A DNA stretch of 64,000 nt, taken from assembly GCA_046563655.1 (NCBI GenBank), contig CM102283.1, forward strand, positions 4,898,001 to 4,962,000. Direction: 5' to 3'. Position 1 is the stretch's first letter. Every line of letters starts with the position of its first letter. Position numbers and translations under genes: made by a program. Source of the DNA: Yuukianura sp. NJ FZ-2021. Taxonomy: Eukaryota. The notes beneath the pieces were generated by a model, which ran no database searches, was not told the origin of the DNA, and saw only the letters and a list, made by a program, of their open reading frames with translations. Below, piece after piece: positions 53,483-64,000 of the stretch.

Positions 53483-54047
53483 CTTTCACCAAACGGGATT
53501 TTCATAATTTTTTTGTCAAAAATTAAAGGAATGTGTGTCAGACAAGGATGAGCGTCGAAAAAGTGTTGTTTCGAAAGTTTAAGGCCCTGCCTATTAGCTC
53601 GGCAACGAAGAGGTCTGATAACTACTGAAAATTGACCATATTCCGGTACCAGTTAAAAATCGTAGGATCCACGTAGAACGTTAAGTAAGGTATCAATTTG
53701 CGGAATAGCGTGGCAGAGATTTCAATGGCTTCGGAACTGAAATATCTTAGCCCGTTTAAAAGTTATAACTGATTTAAGAAAAGTAGTCGCGAATAATCGT
53801 CGTTTTTTAGGTTTCAAAGTGGGAATTTCTAAGTTTTTGGGCCGTTGATATCCCCGCAGTCGCATTTTACAAATTTTGTTACCCTTAATCGTATTTCTAA
53901 GTCCACCCTAAGGGTCCATCTTGGTACTTTTACCAGCGTTCCAAAAATTCTAGAAATTTGCTTTCGAATCCAAGTAAATCACCAAGACATCGGCAACTGT
54001 TTGTATGTTTTGTACGAAAGACATAACGAATCAGCATGTTCAAATCT

Positions 54048-55785
54048 CCCGACAAACACCAGCTTGATGGCATCATGCCGGTTAGGTGATGGAATGATGG
54101 CATTCTGCTGGCACCGAGTCCGCCATTACGACCATGCGTAGTCCCAGCAATGTATCGGTGCAATGAAATGTTACAGGAGTTTAGTGCCAGCAATTAAGGC
54201 TGAATTTAGGACTACCCGCGCTGGTACTATACAGCGGAGAGATGCAATACCGAGTTTACTGGTCGACAACATCTCCCCAGTACCAAGCCAATGTAAGTTG
54301 AGAAAGGCGTTTTACATTTGGCGTGCCGGTACATTTCCAGTGTTGGGCCATTATGTGGATCTGAAAATGTTTCCCGCCACTTTCAACAACGGGATATATT
54401 TGAGGTTGGATGAAAAAGGAGATGTTGCATCATCTTTTTATGCTCAATTGAGCTTTTCAGTATACTAGTACTCAGTCTATCATTTAGTAATAGAAATGAC
54501 ACAGTTTAAATATGCAGTTGTTTTGTTCACCGTTAACAATTCTACTTCAGTTGTACCGACGTCGTGGATTAGCGACTGGGACAGCAGTTGTCTTATCCCG
54601 CCTGACCTCACATCAAAAGAGATTACCAAAGGGGTCCCCCCTGGACCGGATTCCACATCATATGACATCGTTGTTTTCAAAAAGTTTGGTAAGGTTTAGA
54701 ATATAAGATTGTCACTGTTTGTAATTTTTTTGAAATTGAGAGATACTGTGTGCTTTTGTAGAAGATTACCTCGCAGCCAGACAGTATGAGAAACGGATCG
54801 AGGGCTACCGACTTTGACACCCCTCGGCGTAAGAAAAAGAAGAAACGAACCGAGATCGCCAACAATCGCCAGAAACTGGTAATTTGTACAATCAAATTAT
54901 ACTACTTAGTCTCACAAAGTGAACGATTGGTAACAAATGACAACATTTTTGCAGGTGAATTTGCTCTCTCGTGTTGGAGGACAGTTGTTTGGCCAAACTA
55001 CGTTCAGCATTTTACAAAAACTCATGCACCACGACTTAAACAGCGCATCCGTCCAAGAATCTCTGCTACTGAACATGTCGTCCAGACACCGTAGAAGAAA
55101 AATTCATACAGGGGCACTTCAATCATTTCACGACATTAATTCTCTACTTAACCAAAGTCCAGCTCAACCAATACATGTTCCTGTGGTGAGAAGTTTAGAT
55201 ATTAGTGATCAGGACAGTTACTCTAGTATTATCGACGTAAATGTTCATTGTTCTGAACTTCACGATTTATCAGATTCCAGTAATGTTGTGGATTTAGTGT
55301 CGCAAAAAAATTCAATTTTTGTGACACTTTAGGAAACTGGGCAGTCACAATCACAAACAACATTTCACATAAAGCTCTTAGACAATTAATTTCAATCTTA
55401 ATTACCAAGTTTAAATAGTTGTTAATTTTTAACAGAAAATTAAATAAACTGATTGGTGCAAAAAGTGTATACATTTTAACATGTTTTATTAGCGCAGGCG
55501 CTTGATTTTATGCTGGGGGAGTCGTTTTTGCCAGTATAGGGAAGGTATTGGTTGTGTGCAGGCGAATGCCGTCATGCTGGTAAATGTGCAAAAGCCGGTA
55601 TCGTTTTCTTACTGGCGACGTATTGGCAATCCGGTATAACATTTTACCGGCATCATACCATTACCGAAACAGCACTGGGAGAGTACATGTTACGATGCGG
55701 AAAAAGCGGACATGCCCAACAGTCTCCCAACATTAAGATGCCGGGAGTAAGCCGGTAATGCGCCAGTACTGGGGTGTTTGTCGGG
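54048..55785 (+). mobile_element. Decayed CMC (CACTA/EnSpm-Mirage-type) DNA transposon
   Basis: 13-bp TIRs CCCGACAAACACC and GGTGTTTGTCGGG with a 2-bp TSD CT. Subterminal GCCGG/GCTGG repeats. Remnants include an accessory-ORF N-terminus (YAVVLF...SVVPTSWI...CLIPP, 54496-54699) and a transposase N-terminal helix (NWAV...NNISHKALRQLISIL, ~55335-55400). Confidence 0.8.
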
Positions 55786-56053
55786 CTAACCCCTTCGCGG
55801 AAGGATTTGAGTGAAAACGAACAAATATGTCGATGTGTGTTTTTAAACAATACCCAATTTTATAGTTACTCACAGAAACGATTGGCGTTATTTAGTCAAC
55901 AATAAGCCGTCCTTTGAAATTTATTTTTCTGAAAAAAAAAGTGTAGTATAGAATCTCGGAATTTGCTACTGTGCAGAATATTTTATTTGAAGTGTTAAAA
56001 TGTGATTTACGTTTCGGTTCTTTATTTCATGTTCAAAAGTGCGGAAATCGCAT

Positions 56054-58511
56054 TTAGTTTACAATTTTCATTGGAGTTCTAGTGCTAACCTTTTTAAATT
56101 TTGTTATCGAGTTACTAACCACATTTTTGCAATATTCTATGAAAAAAATAATTGCTGAAGGCAGCGTAAACGCATCCCACAGAATCATTGCCGTTCCCAC
56201 GTTTAAATTCAAAGTTAATTTACGGGGCAACTTTCGAAACATCGTAATAGCCTGTTCGTACTTTTTTAAATTCTCTGTTGTTCCCCTCTTCTGGTCATTT
56301 CTGTGCCAGATTTCAAACATTCCATGTTCAATGATTTGGTGCATCCATCCTCTGTATCATTCCGTCGCGTGGTAGTTCAAGTTCTCTACCAAGCGTCCTA
56401 AAGATAATTTCAACCCGCATTTCCAAAAGCTTTTGTTTTGAAATCTGAAATTCTTGTAGGAATGCATTCCCATCTCCCGCTTCCAATTTTCGAAAAAGAA
56501 GTTCAGCCATAAAGTGCCTCACTGCGTCGGCATAGTCTACAAGAGCAGTTCCATCACATTGTTCCAAGATTTTTGCAACTGCACTTGAGTTTAAATTGTT
56601 TATCTTAGTATTGGTAAACTGTCCTTTGTTTTTAACAACAAATTTTGATTTGTGTGCAGTCGAATTTTCAGGGAGTTCTGATAAAGGTAAAGAATGGCCC
56701 CACCAATAGTCTAGCCGTGTCAAAACGGTTACATTTACACAGTTTAGAGCGGATATGACCGTGTCATCATGTTTGCGCACATGAGCACAATGTTCTTTGT
56801 ATTTTTCGCACAGTTTGCAATGTCCTGTCATTGGGCGACTCTTGTCGAATTTTATCTGATAATTGTCGTCAAAGTAGTAACCCATGGCTTCACATTTACA
56901 AATAGCAGGTGAAAATTTACGCATATCTACCATTTTGCGGTCCGAAAGTAGCGTAAGATATGAATTCGGAGCAATTAAAAGAAATCCTTCGAGTTGATTG
57001 ACACGGTCCCACCGATGGGTGGGTTTTGTTGGAGCCAAAATACCTGCAGTAAAAAAGCCTTTGTATCCGTTCACAATTACTACCAATACCAGAACGAAGG
57101 AACCAAATACCAAGCGATAGTAGGGAACGAGGTTCAAGCTTTCCACAAATTTGTCAGTGAGGCCAGCAGAAATTTCTAAAACGGAGGATAGCGATGAAAC
57201 GAACGAATTCAAAAATAGTTTCACAATTATGTTTCCGCGTAATTTCCGGAGCATGGCGATTCCGGTTAAAGTAGCCGGGATAACCACAGTTGTAATGGCA
57301 ACAAGAATCATCCAGCTCAAGTTGTCCATTGGTGTGACGTAAATTTCAAATCCAAGTGACCTTGACATTCAGTCGCAAGTCGAAAATACCATTTCTGACA
57401 TGTCAAGGAGAATGACCTCTGAGGTTACATCTGGATGGTACGCAGGAGTCAAAAGCTGAGAAGGAAAAGACATTCCAATATCTAGGTACATGAATATGCC
57501 GTAATGAGCAAAGTATTTGATCAAATATTTTCTAAAAAACGCTTCTCGGCTAATTCCAACATGTGGCTTCGGGTGCACTTGAATGCAACTAATACCGACT
57601 GATAGCATTTCCATGTAAACGAAAAACGATAACATTGAACTAATTTTTCCAGGAAGTCTGTTTCCAAATAGGGCTTTAGTTGCAATAGGAACGTTGGACA
57701 GTGGACCATAAAATTTGTTCAAAATGGAACGTGAGATGGTGAACAAATTTGGGTTAGAGGAGTTGCACGGATAAGCACTCCTCGACAGAAAGCGAAGAAC
57801 AGGTTCAGATGTCGCTATCGGGTATGGTTGTAAAATGAGGTGCAGTTTCAATTTATGTTGCATAAAGCACTCTTGAACAGAAATTGCGCGGCAAACGAGT
57901 GGAATTTTAAAAAGTTGGTCCTTGTGCGGCGCCCTTCCGACTAGGAATGCATTCAGCTTTGGCCTGGATGTGACGCCAGTATCACCATAAAATATTTTAC
58001 TTTGACCTACAGAGAGATTTTCAATCACCAACACACAAGACTCAGCCAGCTTTGGCCGGTATTGGGTATGGTATGGCGGAATTTCATTTTTCTGAATGTT
58101 CAAAGAGCAATACAGAGCAAATTCTTGTTTGTGCATCGTGGATGCTATAAACGCTACAGTTTTGTTTGACACACCACAGTTTGCGTACTCCAACAGCTTC
58201 AAAGAACTTTCAAAATTTTGAGGGCTAATGTACTGAACCAATAAGAAGAATGCGCGGCAAAACGGAAGTTTCAATTTTTGAACGTCCGTCAACTTCGTCG
58301 CTGGGTGACTGTAGTTTTCTGTGTTGATATAAACCGGATCGCTGATTGGTTGAATGCTGGTTTCCCATTTGTTGGTTGAGCTCACCAACAGTATAACTCT
58401 GCAGTCCTTGTACGTAGCTGTGTAAAAGTTTAAATCCTGAACCATCATAGAGCAACCTAGTGTGACGTGAGCAAAGCTGATCAGAATTTTGAAACTAAGC
58501 GCGTAGAACAT
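56054..58511 (-). pseudogene. Intronless divergent ionotropic-receptor-like membrane protein gene with one in-frame stop and one 4-bp frameshift
   Basis: Signal peptide from ATG 58511. FSTCD*MSRSLGFEIYVTPMDNLSW(TM1)...SSVLE...LVIVNGYKGFFTAGILAP(TM2)...IIEHGMFEIW...TM3. The TGA at 57371-57369 is in frame with the next ORF. A duplicated GATG at 56349-56342 shifts the frame. Confidence 0.8.
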
Positions 58512-59438
58512 TTTGTTTAATGTTTTTAAAGTACTCAACTGGAGACGGAGACTGCTATACACGATAAATAGGAATGAGAGATGTTCGGAGAGTCCTTACT
58601 TGGTAATAGTTGCATGATATGCATTCTACTACAAGCAGGAATAAATTTTGAACCCGTACGTCTTTGTTTGGGTTAGCTTAAAAAAGTTGATCAATCGAAA
58701 AAAGAAATCAAAAAAGCTTCATACCTAGTTTTAAAATGGTTCAATAGAAAGTAATGTTTAAAAAAACATGATACATGATGCATGCAACCGCGTATACTTA
58801 ATTTTTCAGTAATTTAAGATGGAAAATGAACCATAAACAAACATACGCGGCAATACAGAGTTTCATTTTTAAGATGTGTGTTTTTTGAAATGTCGTGCTT
58901 CTTGGTTTAGTGTGGCTTTTCTGTTGATGTAAACGGAATCGATGCGATGATTGGTAGTTCGTTCCACACTGGCTGCTTACACTATTGCCAAAACATTACA
59001 TTTTTAAGTATTGACCTAAAAGCTATATCAAACGCATTTAGCATATTACATTACATACACTATGATACAGGTTATATTATATCCAAGGATCGGATATGTA
59101 CGCTCCACAAAAGGCGTTTTAAGCGCATAAACAGTTCTTCAAAATTGGTCAAAAAAGTTCCAAAAAAGTTCTAAAAACATGCACCAAAAGTCCCGAAAAT
59201 TAAGAAATATGTACGCAAAGTGGAAAAAGTCCTGAAAAGTTTTTACGTACTTACCCGACCTCTGATTATGTCTGACGGCAGTTAGTTGTAGTGAACAGTA
59301 AAGTAGCATTAGTTACCATATTAACTGTTTCGTTCGTGGTTCCATGCGATTCGGCTCTAGAAACCCTACAGAAACTACATGTTTCCGTTTTTGCAAAAAC
59401 GATCTTAATTAATTAATCTTAATTAAAATAAAAAAAAA

Positions 59439-62400
59439 CTATTTTATTAAAACCCGCTTGCATTTGGACAAAGAGTAAAGGGGATTTTTACTCAAAATTT
59501 CTGAGTGCGACCTTTAGATTCTAAGGCTATGCTGACACCATCTAATTCCACTCTAACGCTATTCTACAATGGTGTTTGATGTGCCAAATTTTAGTCTAGG
59601 AATAGTTTCGCTTGTGTTTCAAGTTGAAATTAGATATGCTTTCGAACAGCTATTTTATTAAAACCTGCTTGCATTTGGACAAAGAGTAAAGTGGATTTTT
59701 CTTCAAAATTTATGAGTGCGACCTTTAGATTCTAAGGCTATGCTGACACCATCTAATTCCACTCTAACGCTATTCTACAATGGTGTTTGATGTGCCAACA
59801 GGAATAGTTTCGCTTGTGTTTCAAGTTGAAATTAGATATGCTTTGGAACAGCTATTTTATTAAAACCCGCTTGCATTTGGACAAAGAGTAAAGGGGATTT
59901 TTCTTCAAAATTTATGAGTGCGACCTTTAGATTCTAAGGCTATGCTGACACCATCTAATTCCACTCTAACGCTATTCTACAATGGTGTTTGATGTGCCAA
60001 ATTTTAGTCTAGGAATAGTTTCGCTTTTGTTTCAAGTTGAAATTAAGTATGCTTTGGAACAGCTATTTTATTAAAACCTGCTTGCATTTGGACAAAGAGT
60101 AAAGTGGATTTTTCTTCAAAATTTATGAGTGCGACCTGAGTGTTTGATGTGCCAACAGGAATAGTTTCGCTTGTGTTTCAAGTTGAAATTAGATATGCTT
60201 TGGAACAGCTATTTTATTAAAACCCGCTTGCATTTGGACAAAGAGTAAAGTGGATTTTTCTTCAAAATTTCTGAGTGCGACCTTTAGATTCTAAAGCTAT
60301 GCTGACACCATCTAATTCCACTCTAACCCTATTTTACAATGGTGTTTGATGTGCCAACAGGAATAGTTTCGCTTGTGTTTCAAGTTGAAATTAGATATGC
60401 TTTGGAACAACTATTTTATTAAAACCTGCTTGCATTTGGACAAAGAGTAAAGTGGATTTTTCTTCAAAATTTCTGAGTGCGACCTTTAGATTCTAAGGCT
60501 ATGCTGACACCATCTAATTCCACTCTAACGCTATTCTACAATGGTGTTTGATGTGCCAACAGGAATAGTTTCGCTTGTGTTTCAAGTTGAAATTAGATAT
60601 GCTTTGGAACAACTATTTTATTAAAACCTGCTTGCATTTGGACAAAGAGTAAAGTGGATTTTTCTTCAAAATTTCTGAGTGCGACCTTTAGATTCTAAGG
60701 CTATGCTGACACCATCTAATTCCACTCTAACGCTATTCTACAATGGTGTTTGATGTGCCAACAGGAATAGTTTCGCTTGTGTTTCAAGTTGAAATTAGAT
60801 ATGCTTTGGAACAACTATTTTATTAAAACCTGCTTGCATTTGGACAAAGAGTAAAGGGGATTTTTCTTCAAAATTTATGAGTGCGACCTTTAGATTCTAA
60901 GGCTATGCTGACACCATCTAATTCCACTCTAACGCCATTTTACAATGGTGTTTGATGTGCCAACTTTTAGTCGAGGAATAGTTTCGCTTTTGTTTCAAGT
61001 TGAAATTAGGTATGCTTTGGAACAGCTATTTTATTAAAACCCGCTTGCATTTGGACAAAGAGTAAAGGGGATTTTTCTTCAAAATTTATGAGTGCGACCT
61101 TTAGATTCTAAGGCTATGCTGACACCATCTAATTCCACTCTAACGCTATTCTACAATGGTGTTTGATGTGCCAAATTTTAGTCTAGGAATAGTTTCGCTT
61201 TTGTTTCAAGTTGAAATTAGATATGCTTTGGAACAGCTATTTTATTAAAACCTGCTTGCATTTGGACAAAGAGTAAAGTGGATTTTTCTTCAAAATTTAT
61301 GAGTGCGACCTTTAGATTCTAAGGCTATGCTGACACCATCTAATTCCACTCTAACGCTATTCTACAATGGTGTTTGATGTGCCAACAGGAATAGTTTCGC
61401 TTGTGTTTCAAGTTGAAATTAGATATGCTTTGGAACAACTATTTTATTAAAACCCGCTTGCATTTGGACAAAGAGTAAAGTGGATTTTTCTTCAAAATTT
61501 CTGAGTGCGACCTTTAGATTCTAAGGCTATGCTGACACCATCTAATTCCACTCTAACGCTATTCTACAATGGTGTTTGATGTGCCAACAGGAATAGTTTC
61601 GCTTGTGTTTCAAGTTGAAATTAGATATGCTTTGGAACAGCTATTTTATTAAAACCCGCTTGCATTTGGACAAAGAGTAAAGGGGATTTTTCTTCAAAAT
61701 TTCTGAGTGCGACCTTTAGATTCTAAGGCTATGCTGACACCATCTAATTCCACTCTAACGCTATTCTACAATGGTGTTTGATGTGCCAAATTTTAGTCTA
61801 GGAATAGTTTCGCTTTTGTTTCAAGTTGAAATTAAGTATGCTTTGGAACAGCTATTTTATTAAAACCTGCTTGCATTTGGACAAAGAGTAAAGTGGATTT
61901 TTCTTCAAAATTTCTGAGTGCGACCTTTAGATTCTAAAGCTATGCTGACACCATCTAATTCCACTCTAACCCTATTTTACAATGGTGTTTGATGTGCCAA
62001 CAGGAATAGTTTCGCTTGTGTTTCAAGTTGAAATTAGATATGCTTTGGAACAACTATTTTATTAAAACCTGCTTGCATTTGGACAAAGAGTAAAGTGGAT
62101 TTTTCTTCAAAATTTCTGAGTGCGACCTTTAGATTCTAAGGCTATGCTGACACCATCTAATTCCACTCTAACGCTATTCTACAATGGTGTTTGATGTGCC
62201 AACAGGAATAGTTTCGCTTGTGTTTCAAGTTGAAATTAGATATGCTTTGGAACAACTATTTTATTAAAACCTGCTTGCATTTGGACAAAGAGTAAAGTGG
62301 ATTTTTCTTCAAAATTTCTGAGTGCGACCTTTAGATTCTAAGGCTATGCTGACACCATCTAATTCCACTCTAACGCTATTCTACAATGGTGTTTGATGTG

Positions 62401-64000
62401 CCAACAGGAATAGTTTCGCTTGTGTTTCAAGTTGAAATTAGATATGCTTTGGAACAACTATTTTATTAAAACCTGCTTGCATTTGGACAAAGAGTAAAGT
62501 GGATTTTTCTTCAAAATTTCTGAGTGCGACCTTTAGATTCTAAGGCTATGCTGACACCATCTAATTCCACTCTAACGCTATTCTACAATGGTGTTTGATG
62601 TGCCAACAGGAATAGTTTCGCTTGTGTTTCAAGTTGAAATTAGATATGCTTTGGAACAACTATTTTATTAAAACCTGCTTGCATTTGGACAAAGAGTAAA
62701 GTGGATTTTTCTTCAAAATTTCTGAGTGCGACCTTTAGATTCTAAGGCTATGCTGACACCATCTAATTCCACTCTAACGCTATTCTACAATGGTGTTTGA
62801 TGTGCCAACTTTTAGTCGAAGAACAGTTTCGCTTTTGTTTCGAGTTGAAATTAGATATGCTTTGGAACAGCTATTTTATTAAAACCCGCTTGCATTTGGA
62901 CAAAGAGTAAAGGGGATTTTTCTTCAAAATTTATGAGTGCGACCTTTAGATTCTAAGGCTATGCTGACACCATCTAATTCCACTCTAACGCTATTCTACA
63001 ATGGTGTTTGATGTGCCAACAGGAATAGTTTCGCTTGTGTTTCAAGTTGAAATTAGATATGCTTTGGAACAACTATTTTATTAAAACCTGCATGCATTTG
63101 GACAAAGAGTAAAGTGGATTTTTCTTCAAAATTTCTGAGTACGACCTTTAGATTCTAAAGCTATGCTGACACCATCTAATTCCACTCTAACCCTATTTTA
63201 CAATGGTGTTTGATGTGCCAACAGGAATAGTTTCGCTTGTGTTTCAAGTTGAAATTAGATATGCTTTGGAACAACTATTTTATTAAAACCTGCTTGCATT
63301 TGGACAAAGAGTAAAGTGGATTTTTCTTCAAAATTTCTGAGTGCGACCTTTAGATTCTAAGGCTATGCTGACACCATCTAATTCCACTCTAACGCTATTC
63401 TACAATGGTGTTTGATGTGCCAACAGGAATAGTTTCGCTTGTGTTTCAAGTTGAAATTAGATATGCTTTGGAACAACTATTTTATTAAAACCTGCTTGCA
63501 TTTGGACAAAGAGTAAAGGGGATTTTTCTTCAAAATTTATGAGTGCGACCTTTAGATTCTAAGGCTATGCTGACACCATCCAATTCCACTCTAACGCTAT
63601 TCTACAATGGTGTTTGATGTGCCAACTTTTAGTCGAAGAACAGTTTCGCTTTTGTTTCGAGTTGAAATTAGATATGCTTTGGAACAGCTATTTTATTAAA
63701 ACCCGCTTGCATTTGGACAAAGAGTAAAGGGGATTTTTCTTCAAAATTTATGAGTGCGACCTTTAGATTCTAAGGCTATGCTGACACCATCTAATTCCAC
63801 TCTAACGCTATTCTACAATGGTGTTTGATGTGCCAAATTTTAGTCTAGGAATAGTTTCGCTTTTGTTTCAAGTTGAAATTAAGTATGCTTTGGAACAGCT
63901 ATTTTATTAAAACCTGCTTGCATTTGGACAAAGAGTAAAGTGGATTTTTCTTCAAAATTTATGAGTGCGACCTGAGTGTTTGATGTGCCAACAGGAATAG
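59439..64000. repeat. Second satellite array, 202/211-bp monomers with a 146-bp deletion variant; runs off the window
   Basis: The anchor CTATTTTATTAAAACC recurs at 59439, 59650, 59852, 60063, 60209, 60411 and 60613 (spacings 211, 202, 211, 146, 202, 202). No obvious similarity to the 147-bp satellite. Confidence 0.97.

Overview
This is eukaryotic, intron-rich DNA from a compact animal genome. The short ~60-120 nt introns, Methuselah-like GPCR and divergent ionotropic-receptor-like gene are consistent with an arthropod such as a springtail; the taxon is an inference. Nine spliced host genes were reconstructed by hand: a kelch-repeat protein, an LC3C-like Atg8, exosome RRP45/EXOSC9, a Methuselah-like GPCR, SNX3/12, GPR107, a macrodomain hydrolase, an RNF26-like E3 and PGM3. 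There is also a recently broken intronless IR-like pseudogene. Repeats include a full-length, apparently intact 5.66-kb APE-RT LINE with a 13-bp TSD, a 13.3-kb satellite of 147-bp monomers with higher-order structure, a second 202/211-bp satellite running off the right edge, and many DNA-transposon relics (Tc1/mariner-superfamily, CMC/EnSpm, P-like, Harbinger-like, hAT-like, Helentron/HINE and Helitron-like ends), several of them nested. The LINE is the most unusual object. Its 5'UTR ends in an array of about 23 small AGUA-tetraloop hairpins showing a compensatory C-G/U-A swap. Its ORF1 and ORF2 are in the same frame, separated by a single UGA and a stop-free 75-nt spacer, which makes readthrough a candidate mechanism. 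There is a 100-N assembly gap at 21393-21492. All calls come from reading the sequence; no searches were run.
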